A DNA stretch of 64,000 bases from Azolla caroliniana. Its lineage: Eukaryota; Plantae; Polypodiophyta. The translations under genes and the position numbers were made by a program. Within the stretch, counting starts at the first letter, position 1. Each line of letters opens with the position of its first letter. Below the pieces are notes generated by a model. That model had not been told where the DNA came from. It did not search any database and was given only the letters and a program-made list of their open reading frames with translations. Below, piece by piece: positions 11,601 through 21,511 of the stretch. Where the stretch lies: the NCBI GenBank assembly GCA_043228905.1, contig JBHGNT010000005.1:12710001-12774000 (forward strand), read 5' to 3'.

Positions 11601-14546
11601 TGTCGGAGAAACAAAACTTCCTACTTATGGTACAAGGTTTCTTCGGTTTCGCCTCTATCGTACATTTGTGGGGTTTTCCCAGAGTGTCCGGACTGTCGCG
11701 GCCCCACGCCTTCACAACCCTCTCTAAAAATCCTCTCGGTTCTCGCCACCAAGGGACTTGCGGTTTCGCTCGTGGTTCGGTCTCACCGTCAGGAACTGGA
11801 CCGAGTGACGCCCGTCCTAACTCTTGACCCTAGCATAAGCCGACCCGTTGTCCAGCACCTTGGTCTCCATTCGCGCTGCCGTAATGTACAGTTCTCCCAG
11901 TATGACCAGGTGCGAGGACGTCTCCTTCACAAAGAAGTCTCGGTCTATCTCGACGTCGCCGATCTTGACTCGCACGTTTGGGCAGGCCCCGTGTAGTTCC
12001 TCGGTGGCGCGCGTCGCCGCCCGTATCTTCCACCCGTGCTTGGTGTTGATCGGCCATTTTCCCTTCTTGTAGAAGTCCATGGACATCAGGTTTATGTCTA
12101 AACCGTAGTCCACCAGCGCCACCACCGGTTCCTGAACATCTCCGATCTTCACCAGGGATTCCGTGGTCGCTCGGGCCTAGTGTGGCCTCGAATAATGGCT
12201 CTCCGCCCACTCGTCTTCCAGCGCCATGTCCTCTATGTGCGCCCTCCGCACCTCCACCGGCCTTTCCGGTTCTGCCTCCGTCGACAGCCTCTTCCTCTTC
12301 ACCAAGTCCACGATGGAGTCGTGGAACTCCTTCTTGGCGATTCCGAGCACCTCCCGCAACGACAGTTCCACTTTGCTATCGAGGATTCGTTCTTCCAGGA
12401 CCTTTCGTAGGTCCGTGGTCCTTTCGATCTCCGTGCCCAAACGGTATCCGCCCTTCTTGTGGTTATCCCGGGCACTGGACTCACTGGCCTCGTTCCGTTT
12501 CAGCCCGAATCGGGTTTCGTATCTCTGTGAGGGTTGGGCCCCTCCGGGTTTACCTACCTGTTTGTCTTCAACCAGAGCCTCGTAGTTCTGGCAAGCTGCT
12601 TCGACGAAACCCGTCTTTTCTTCGACCGGGTAACTCCACCCAGTTACCTCCTGGACCCGCTTCTCCGCGCGGTCCGCCTCGTCTCTCTTTAGTTGGGCAC
12701 CGGGGAGGCCTTCCAGCACCGTCGGCCAGAACCCGGCTTTGCTCTCCTTCCGGGCCTCGCTGCCTCCGACCCGAATACCGGCTGACGCTGAATAGTGGAC
12801 GGTCTCCGCGTGCCGGGCTGCCGCCTCTTCCATCAGCCTTTTCATTCCTCCTCGCCCGTCGTTTCGGTTCAGGGCCCTCCGGGTATCGCTGGCGTGCACC
12901 CGACCTTCCCACAGGTACACTACCCGGCTTCTCAAAGCCTCCATAAAGTCCCCACAGTCTTTCCGAATGTGGCCGACCTCGTCGCACCACATGCACCTAC
13001 TTCCTGGCGGAGGCCGTCGGTCACGAGCCTGATCGCCGCCTTCCCTCCGAGCCCGGGCGATCTGGAGATCCTTTACCGCTCGTGTCAACCCCTCCAGAGC
13101 TGTTCCCCCGGACGAGCCTCTTATCACGCCGGTCGAAGAAGAACCGGTTTCAAGCCACTCCCGGGTCTCTTCCCTTCACGCTTGCGGTATCGGTTCGACC
13201 TTCCTTGCCGCGACAAGTCCCGCCCCGGTCGCCTCTGTATCAGCCCACTCCCACCGTTTGTCAAAACGGCCGCAGACTCTCTTTACCGCGGCCCAGTCGG
13301 CCGTCAGCCCATCTTCGGTTTCCAGTAAGGAGCCAACTTGCCCCCGATCTCGTGCGTCAACCGATTTGACAAACAGTAGGACACGACTTGTGTCCAGATC
13401 GGTCCGATCGAGCACCGAAAGGCGCGCAAAGCGTTCCTCAAACTCCCGGAGAAGTACCGACGCATTTCTTCCTTTGTTGGGGGACTCCACCCACTCCATG
13501 AAGCCCCGCTTCGAAAGTCGAAGCGCGTCATCCAGCCCGTATTTCTCCAGGAGGCATCCTTCGAACTCTTCCCAGGTCTGGCTCTCTGCCCGGACTTCGA
13601 GCACCTCTGCATGGATGCCGGACATCGCCACTCGAGGGAATCCGGCAAGATGCCTCTCTTCCGGAATATCCCTCATCAACATCTCCGCCCGGTAGGATGC
13701 CAAATAACTCGTGGCATCCTTCCCACTGAACCGGCCGATCATACCGACAATCGCCTCTATAGCCCTGTCAAGGGCGCCGGTGCCCTCGCGCGCGCTCACT
13801 ATCCGGTCCACGGCCGAAGCCATGGCCTCTGCAAGATCCGACCCCCTAATCTTCTGCTCCTCTGCCGCCTTATTTCATGTCGGGTTCACCAAATATGTCG
13901 CATTACTACGCGCGTGCGTGGAGAAACGAGGCGGGACCACTGGGGTCTTGAACCGAAGAGCAGGTGATAGAAAGGGAAAGAGAAAGAGAGAGACTCCCGG
14001 TTGCGTATGAGCAAAGGAACACAGGGGCACGGCCCTTCAACGCAGAAGGCACGAACGAACACAGAGACAGAGAGACACGAATGTGTATATATTAACGAAT
14101 AACAAAATAAACAACAGAGCACGCGAGCGGTTACAACCGAACAGGCCGGCGAACAGATGCCGATGCCTGTTCGTCTGCGCACAAAAGGGAAAAAGGATGG
14201 AGGTGCTGCCGGAAGCACACGGGCATTCCTCAAAGCAGCGCGGGCCTCCCGAACCTGCAGAGAAGAGCGATGGAGAACAAACAGAGGAGAAGCGTTCGGT
14301 TACGGTCTGACAGCACTTCGTCCTCCTCAATGCGCGATCCCCTTCTCCCCGTGTCCCCCTTTCTTTTATAGCTTCAGGAAGGGAGTCGTCTCCCTCATTT
14401 ACTTCCTACCTACCGAATCTAACTACCCTGGATATGCCTATGTACCTAATTCCCTATTATATACTTTAAAAGGGCGCGCACGCGTGAAGAGCCGGTTCAC
14501 GCACGCTATGCACCGTTTGCTCTAAGGGACGATTTTCTTCACGACA

Positions 14547-15062
14547 ACGGGAGGTACATGTAGGCATTGAGAGGTTTTTGGTGGCATGCAGTGTCGAGGA
14601 TGCCGAATTCTTTAAAGTATGGGCCTTTGAAGAAGACGACGTCCAGGATGGTGATCTCTTTAGGGGAGGTTGTTGATTCAATACGGATGTGTTGTTGTAG
14701 AGGCACGCCGTATTGGTGTAAGAAGGTGTGAAGTGTATCGGGGGAACCTTCCCAAACTCCTATGGCATCATCGATGTAGTGTTTGTAGTAGAGTAGTTGC
14801 GGTGTTTGGAAAGCTAGGTTGTCGTCCTCTAGCTGCGAAAGAAACAAGCAAGCGTAAACAACGGCAAAATTACTACCCATCGCGGTGCCTTTAATTTGTA
14901 ACCAAAAAGCATTATTAAAGGAGAGAAAATTGTTTCTAAGTATAAGTTCGGCAACACTCATAATGATTTTGGTTTTGTGTGGTGGGAAATGATGTGAAAT
15001 AGATTTTTTTAAAACCAATAGACCTTCCGTGGTAGGTATACTGGGATATAGTGACACTACGT
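14547..15062 (-). pseudogene. Penelope-like reverse transcriptase core
   Basis: ORF 14539-15057 has SLYPSIP, NNFLSFNNAFWLQIKGTAMGS, YIDD and LDV motifs, typical of PLE/telomerase-related RTs rather than LTR or LINE RTs. Confidence 0.9.
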
Positions 15063-15622
15063 TGTCGTGCCTTTCGGCTCCGGATCGTTTGCGTGAGTCG
15101 GGTGGGAACCACCGGGGTTTTGGACTAGGAGAAAAGAAAAATACAAATAAGGCTAGTAAAGAATAGGTATAAAGAGTTCTAAGATAAGAATCTCGTGAAT
15201 CCCACGAGTTTAGTATATTTAGTCAATATTTAGGTAGTAAGAGAGAATTATTTTAGCAAATTCGTGAATCCCACGAATATTTTAGATTGATTGATCATTA
15301 TAGAAAAATAATCAACAAAAACTACAATGTGCTCCCCATCCTTATATAGTGATGGGAGAGACTAAGCATAGCTACATGTTTTTTTTTTCTAATATGTTCA
15401 TGCACACTAAATGTGCATGTGATGCTTTCTTAATCCTTGCTTTTATTTGCTAAATATAGTGCTCATGCACGCTAGATGTGCATGAGTCACTTTTTAGTTG
15501 CTTGCGTTTTTCTATAAAATATTCACGCACTCTAAAAATGCATGATTTACCTTTTAATAAAGGTAGGCGCAAATAAAGGACTTATAGTTATTAAATCTAT
15601 TTGTAGAACACTAAAGATAAGG

Positions 15623-15676
15623 TAGCATAATGGTAAAGTTGAGGTTTGGCTACGTGGAGGTACAAGGTTCAAATCT
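15623..15676 (+). promoter_or_regulatory. tRNA-like Pol III A/B boxes in the LTR of element C (second copy at 18449-18502)
   Basis: TAGCATAATGG and GGTTCAAATCT begin 43 nt apart, as in tRNA genes. Antisense to the element. Confidence 0.5.
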
Positions 15677-15777
15677 TGCCCTATGCACGTGATAAATATC
15701 TTGATATTCTTATTTTATTTATTGGTGATAAATATCTTGATATTCTTATTTTATTTATTTATATGTAATTAAATCGG

Positions 15778-17040
15778 TTATATTATTTTTACTTTTTCAC
15801 GTAGTGTACGAAATACACTACGACACTCGCCCCCTCCGAACCCGCACATCCTCCGGTATGTGCCGAAGTTGCCGATGCTCGTTGTCTCCCCTTCATCCTC
15901 CGTTTGTCCCGCTATGTCAACTTTGTCTCTCCATTTTGAGTAGACCCATTCTTTCCACCCGAACCATTGTCGCCATCCGATCCACCATATTCTTTGTTCT
16001 CTCTCGTCATATTCTTGGCCCTTGTCATTCGTGGTAGTGTCTTTTAGTGGCCTCTTTATTGTCTTCATCAACCTTGACTTTTTTCCGGATCGCTCTCGTC
16101 CGATCAACTTTCGGTTTGATCGGCTTCCGATCGGATTCGTATTCGGCCGAATCGGAATCGGTTGTTCGGTTTCGATTGAGTCGGTCTCCTTCCGGCCCGG
16201 TTTCGATCTATCGGTTTCGGTTTCGGTTGGCTTTCTTTTCCTCGTTTTCACCAGCCTCGACCGGTCCAACCTACGATTGAGTCGGATTAGCTTCTTTCCG
16301 GATCGGTCTCGTCCGATTGGCTTTCGGCTAGGTCGGCTTCCATCCATATTCGCGTTCGGCCAAGTCAGACTCGGTCGATCGGTTTTGACCGAGTCGACCC
16401 CTTTTCGGGTCGGCTTTCTTTCGGGTCGTCTTTCGGCCGAATCCTCATTCGCCCGGTTCGGCTTTCGTTTGTGTCGTCTTTCGGCTGAATTCTCTTCCTT
16501 TTGGTTCGGCTTTCTTTCGGGTCGACTTTCGGTCGAATCCTCTTTTACCCGGTTCGGCTTTCTTTCGGATCGGAATCCCGTCCGGATCACCTTCCATCCT
16601 AACTGGCTTCCGACTTTACCTTTCTTGCCGCCACCTCCCGTCTCTCCGGTCTCACGTTGCTTCTCAGACACAACCGCCGAAGTCTCTAGGATTAGTGGGC
16701 AGGAATCCTCGGTATTATCATCCTCCATTGTTTCACCCATAGCCATATTCTCGGCTATCTCTCCGTTGTATGCATCGACTTCGACCTTTGTTTTCTCTCC
16801 GCCACCTTCCGTCTCTTCGGTCTCACGTTTCCTTTCGAACGCAACCGCCGGAGTCTCTAGAATCAGTGGTGGGGAAGTCTCGATATGGCCATCCGTCGTT
16901 GATTCGTCCATAGCCACCTTCGATTCGATGTCATCTTTCGTGGTGACCTCCTCAATCAAGTCCTCCTTGCTCTCTTTCACTGCATCAATTATGCAAACAT
17001 CAATTATGCTTACCCCTTTTTCACCCGATGTTTCGGACAC
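15778..17040 (-). CDS. Low-complexity acidic-then-basic repeat ORF of element C
   Basis: 420 open codons with internal repeats (ERKPNR.. 15-aa units; duplicated PLILET..ETGETGGGG). Function unknown. Confidence 0.4.
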   Translation of the reverse strand: MSETSGEKGVSIIDVCIIDAVKESKEDLIEEVTTKDDIESKVAMDESTTDGHIETSPPLILETPAVAFERKRETEETEGGGEKTKVEVDAYNGEIAENMAMGETMEDDNTEDSCPLILETSAVVSEKQRETGETGGGGKKGKVGSQLGWKVIRTGFRSERKPNRVKEDSTESRPERKPNQKEENSAERRHKRKPNRANEDSAERRPERKPTRKGVDSVKTDRPSLTWPNANMDGSRPSRKPIGRDRSGKKLIRLNRRLDRSRLVKTRKRKPTETETDRSKPGRKETDSIETEQPIPIRPNTNPIGSRSNRKLIGRERSGKKSRLMKTIKRPLKDTTTNDKGQEYDEREQRIWWIGWRQWFGWKEWVYSKWRDKVDIAGQTEDEGETTSIGNFGTYRRMCGFGGGECRSVFRTLREKVKII

Positions 17041-17060
17041 TTGTATTCCGAAATCTTCTT

Positions 17061-17870
17061 CTACCTTGGGTTATCGGCCTTATCCTTTGTCGTTGTTCTT
17101 TCGCAAGACAAGAGGGTAGCTTGTTTTACACCCTCTTCCGTCGGACCATCATGTTGTATTTCGGCCTTCATATCGGCTCCATCGTTTGTCTTCAATCGAC
17201 CATCCTTCATCGGCCATGTCGTTGACAAGATTCTCATCTTCCTCTCATCATGTCTCCGGCATACCCTTTGGACTTCGGCCCAATCTTCGGTAAGACCATT
17301 CGTACCTTCATGGTCTTCGAGTTCGATCCCGATGTCCATCCTTTCTTTTCGATCGATCGATTTTACGAACATTAGGACTTTATCTTCTCCCACCAATCGT
17401 TGTTCCCGCTCCGAGAGTCGAGCAAAACGATGCTCGAACTCTAGGAATGCTTGTGTTGCACTTCGGTGGGTCTTCTCCGATGCCACCCATTCGTCGAATT
17501 CTCGCCGATCTTTTCCCTTCGATCTCTTGTAATCATATGCCTCTCGTAAAGCTTCTTCGAAGGACCCCCATGTTGGGTTTTGTTGCCGTATCTTGTAGAT
17601 TCTTTCTTGTAACTCATCCATGGCTACCCGACTGAAGGATATCACTTGCAATCCTTCCGGTATCCCACATCGCATCATCTCCCCTTTGTAGTCACGTAGA
17701 TAGCGTGACACATCATTTCCGTTGAATTCCCCATTTCGTCGCACAAGCCGCTCTACTGCCGCCTTCATCTCCGTCATCGCGCGTTGTTCTTGTTGCATCC
17801 GCTCAACCATCATCATCATCATGTTCATCGCCTCTTGTTGATTCTCCATCCCCTTGCCACCCGTCTTCAC
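17061..17870 (-). CDS. Gag-like protein of element C
   Basis: GEFNGNDVSRYLRDYK.EM...KVLMFVKSID...GLTEDWAEV.RVC aligns by eye with the gag of Gypsy A (GRFSGKDATSYL...VLLFVKSVD...GLTADWAAVKRVC). Confidence 0.75.
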   Translation of the reverse strand: MKTGGKGMENQQEAMNMMMMMVERMQQEQRAMTEMKAAVERLVRRNGEFNGNDVSRYLRDYKGEMMRCGIPEGLQVISFSRVAMDELQERIYKIRQQNPTWGSFEEALREAYDYKRSKGKDRREFDEWVASEKTHRSATQAFLEFEHRFARLSEREQRLVGEDKVLMFVKSIDRKERMDIGIELEDHEGTNGLTEDWAEVQRVCRRHDERKMRILSTTWPMKDGRLKTNDGADMKAEIQHDGPTEEGVKQATLLSCERTTTKDKADNPR

Positions 17871-18715
17871 GTCGGGTTCACCAACTGTGTCGTGCCTTTC
17901 GGCTCCGGATCGTTTGCATGAGTCAGGTGGGAACCACCGGGGTTTTGGACTAGGAGAAAAGAAAAATACAAATAAGGCTAGTAAAGAATAGGTATAAAGA
18001 GTTATAAGATAAGAATCTCGTGAATCCCACGAGTTTAGTATATTTAGTCAATATTTAGGTAGTAAGAGAGAATTATTTTAGCAAATTCGTGAATCCCACG
18101 AATATTTTAGATTGATTGATCATTATAGAAAAATAATCAACAAAAACTACAATGTGCTCCCCATCCTTATATAGTGATGGGAGAGACTAAGCATAGCTAC
18201 ATGTTTTTTTTTTTCTAATATGTTCATGCACACTAAATGTGCATGTGATGCTTTCTTAATCCTTGCTTTTATTTGCTAAATATAGTGCTCATGCACGCTA
18301 GATGTGCATGAGTCACTTTTTAGTTGCTTGCGTTTTTCTATAAAATATTCACGCACTCTAAAAATGCATGATTTACCTTTTAATAAAGGTAGGCGCAAAT
18401 AAAGGACTTATAGTTATTAAATCTATTTATAGAACACTAAAGATAAGGTAGCATAATGGTAAAGTTGAGGTTTGGCTACATGGAGGTACAAGGTTCAAAT
18501 TTTGCCCTATGCATGTGATAAATATCTTGATATTCTTATTTTATTTATTGGTGATAAATATCTTGATATTCTTATTTTATTTATTGGTGATAAATATCTT
18601 GATATTCTTATTTTATTTATTTATATGTAATTAAATCGGTTATATTATTTTTACTTTTTCACGTAGTGTACGAAATACACTACGACAACGTCAAAAGAAA
18701 ACAACGTGCAAGTTT

Positions 18716-18819
18716 TCTACGTCATTGTCTATGGGCAAGTGCACTAAGTTAATCCCATGATATTGTGGCCCATTTGAAATCCTTAAGCGGGTTGGGTCAT
18801 CTGTTTATCACCTTGCCTT
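18716..18819 (+). pseudogene. Gypsy integrase, 3' continuation of 1-470
   Basis: STSLSMGKCTKLIP*YCGPFEILKRVGSSVYHLA (GPF motif). Confidence 0.85.
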
Positions 18820-18926
18820 TGTCAGGAACAATACTCAGATAGAGAAGGAATTAGTACTAAACGAAGGATTAGTACTATGAGAGGTGTAGAACTTCTTCGA
18901 GAGAAGGAAGGAGTGAGCGAGACGGG

Positions 18927-18957
<31 letters not shown>

Positions 18958-19241
18958 AGAAAGATATGTATTATATGAAGAGAATATACAATGGTGGCTA
19001 AAAGGCTTAAGACTGGCGTTGAACCAATTTGGTTCAACATAATGCCTAGTGCCCTCTTTTATAGTATTTTCAGGAGTAATCCTGAAGCTTCTAGAATGTT
19101 CCAGAGAAATCTAGAATATACACTAATTTCCTATAATAAAATGTAAATGAAAATAATATCTTACATATTACAATAGATGGTCTAATGGTCAAGAGCTCGA
19201 CCCATATAACCTAAGGTCATGGGTTCGAGTCTTGCCATATC
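18820..19241 (-). mobile_element. Chromovirus-type LTR, truncated at its U3 end
   Basis: Starts TGTCAGG and is clearly related to the LTR at 57978-58323. Contains (GA)n and tRNA-like A/B boxes at 19178-19232. Confidence 0.7.
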
Positions 19242-20900
19242 CTAGTCAACGATCTGTCCGAATGACACCAAATTCTTCATAATTGTCGGGACATGTAACA
19301 CGTTCATTAGCTTCCCTTTTTGCCCGACGTGGCTGAGGGGAACTTCATCAACATGTACGATTGGATGCCGAGTGTCGTCTCCTGTTGCGACTACTCTCGG
19401 TTGTTCTGGTTTTTCCAGATATGAGAACCACTCTTTATGGTTCGTCATATGGTTTGACGCTCCAGAGTCAATGTACCACACTTCGTCTGATTTCGGGGTG
19501 GTCTTCATCATCGAGTTTGCTTCATGTCTTGTCACGAAGGTTGCCCCCTTTCCGACTTTTTCGGATCCTTCGGCGTAGTGCGTCCGCTGCCGATTTCCTT
19601 GTTCGGTCCGTCCAGATCCGGATCCGGTTTTCTCCGAATCGGCGCGCTTCTTCCAGCACTCGCTCTCCTTGTGTCCTTTCTTGCCACAATACCAGCATTC
19701 CGCGGTGTGTTTCCCTTGCCGGTTCTCGTCGCCTCCTCGACTCCTCCGCTTCCGGAGGGTCCGGAATTGCTGTCGGCATCACCACGATGCCTTCTTCCTT
19801 GCTCCTATCGGCTGCCTCCATTGCGCACCGACTTGCCTCGTCCACCACAACCACGGGGCCTATCTCCCTCCATGTACAACATCTTGGTATCAAGTCGAAA
19901 AATGACGACGTATTCTCCCTTGTACAAATAGCAATTCGGAATGCTCCGAACTTCGACACCAATCCTCTGAGGTAGATCTTCACCATTTCACCCTCCTCAA
20001 CTTTCACATTGATGGAGGCGAGGGAATTGCAGATATCCTTTATCTTGGAGGTGTAGTCAGCCATCGTCATGTCGCGTTGACGGACATTGCTCAACTCTTG
20101 TCGGAGTTGGAGCTTCCTGGCTGTGGTGCTTGCAGCAAAAAGCTTTCTCAGATTTCCCCAAGTATCCTTCGACATTCTTCCATCCCTAATGTAGCTCAAG
20201 AGTTGTTCGCTCACACAGGACGTGACGTAGTAGAGAACTCTGCTCGCCGACTGTTCCTGAGTAGTCTCTTTGTGTTGATTCGGGTGCTGCATCATTTGCT
20301 CCATCGACATAGCTCCAGTATCCATGTCCGAGCAGGTATCAATGCATCTTGTACGACCACGATGCGTAGTTACTTCTGTCGCACTTCTCAGTTGGAAGCG
20401 AACTAGCCATACCTCTATCCATTTTTTCCTTTCTGTTCTTCACTGAGATTAGTTTTTTTTGTGTGTTGCGAGCTGAAGTCGGCAGCTGAGATTCTCAACC
20501 CTCGCGCTCTAATACCATGTAAAACGTGATGCGCAGAAGCTTTATGACATACAAAATACCAATAGGAGAAAAAACAGATTTAATGGAGAGCTTAAGACAC
20601 GATGTACGCGGGAGAGACAAAGAGGGAAAAAACACACAAAAGAAACTGAATTCAAAATAATGTGTAAAACTCTGTACATATGATGTGCTCATAGAGCACT
20701 TTTATATAAGTCCATACGGATTGACACATACTTCAATGCTCATAACTAAGCTCCTACACTAACTCCCAAATATATTCCCTCGCAGAATATCTGTTCAACG
20801 GCCTCCCAGTTTCCACACCGATCCGGCCTCTTGTTGCGCACTGGTTTACGCACTGGTTTACGCACTGGTTTACGACCAATGTTGAGATTGTATCTCAACA
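19236..20900 (-). mobile_element. Copia D, 5' half (5' LTR, gag, protease), inverted relative to its 3' half
   Basis: LTR at 20518-20900 with PBS TGGTATTAGAGC. Gag and WYIDSGASNHMT protease, ending at GQIVD. Flank ATGAC (20901-20905) is the reverse complement of GTCAT at 54323-54327. Confidence 0.85.
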
Positions 20901-21511
20901 ATGACTACCTTGCAAATGGTTTTGCAACGACTGAGGCGTATGTGGGTTCCAACCTTGTTCTTGGCATTTCTAACTGAAATTCTGAACGTCATTAGAAAAG
21001 CCTGTTACCACAATGTGCCGTTCGACTGGTTGCCTCTGTGAGAGACTTTGGTTCTTCGGGGAAAGTCAGGAGTAAGTCTTTGACATCATTTCACAGGCCA
21101 TATCGAAACCACTCCATCAATGCTAGGTCATCCCAAGGAATATCGGATGCGAGTAGACGGAAATCTGCACCATAAGCTGAGGTTGGACGATCACCTTGAT
21201 GCAATCTTCGGATTTTATTGATTCCTGTCCTAACACTGTCGGTGTCTCCGACACAGGCTTTAAACTTGCAAATAAATTCCTCAAAATTATTTAACAATGG
21301 AGATCCTTTTTCTAACAAAGGTGCGAACCATGCCAAAGCTAAACCGCTAAGCAACGTGCGTACTAGTCCCACTCGTGATGCATCGGTGGGATATCAGGAA
21401 CAATGCATTTGAATCACCAGACATACCTGATTAAGAAATCCTCTGAATTGTGATTGCATTCCATCAAATTTCGTAGGAAGACCAATCTTGGGTTCTTTAC
21501 GAATCTGTGAA
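20901..21511 (-). pseudogene. Gag fragment of chromovirus H (5' piece)
   Basis: LLSGLALAWFAPLLE..NNFEEF..RRLHQG..DFRLLASD..WDD retrotrans-gag. The frame continues at 54323 on the + strand. Confidence 0.8.

Larger units (their letters stand above)
1984..14546 (-). mobile_element. Gypsy LTR retrotransposon A (tRNA-Trp primed, Phygy-like), degenerate, inserted in the PLE RT
   Basis: TG..CA LTRs at 1984-2634 and 13896-14546 (651 bp each). 4-bp TSD ACGG (1980-1983/14547-14550). PBS TGGTGAACCCGAC at ~13874-13891 and PPT at 2635-2647. Domain order: gag (13823-12177), AP (12152-11817), RT FLDD (11407-10219), RH (10176-9601), INT (9600-2747). Confidence 0.95.
15063..18687 (-). mobile_element. Non-autonomous gag-only LTR element C (TR-GAG-like, Trp-primed), inserted in the PLE RT
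   Basis: LTRs at 15063-15825 and 17888-18687, differing mainly by one 36-bp tandem unit. 4-bp TSD ACGT. 18-nt PBS at 17866-17883 complementary to the tRNA-Trp 3' end. PPT at 15826-15837. No AP, RT, RH or INT. Confidence 0.93.
471..18715 (-). mobile_element. 5'-truncated Penelope-like retroelement (RT with no C-terminal endonuclease), interrupted by two LTR elements
   Basis: Pieces ~18715-18688, 15062-14547 and 1983-1558 join in frame once the TSD-flanked inserts are removed: CTLFSFDVVSLYPSIP...QIKGTAMGS...YIDD...LDV...QKPLNAYMYLP*KSSHP..HKKGFITGEL...RLRARGYP...LRNHLVHASFPPT*. A ~1.09-kb 3' UTR (1557-471) follows and contains a hammerhead ribozyme. Confidence 0.9.

Noticed and set aside
15615-15690. 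Functional tRNA gene
   Set aside because: Only the A/B boxes and a partial T-arm are present, with no convincing acceptor or anticodon stem. Reported as a tRNA-like promoter instead.
16022-17119. 365-aa plus-strand ORF and the many other antisense ORFs across GC-rich elements
   Set aside because: Shadow frames of sense ORFs or repeats, with no recognisable domains.
17866-17883. tRNA-Trp gene fragment or integration att site
   Set aside because: It is the primer-binding site next to the 5' LTR, as at ~13874-13891 and 47874-47891.
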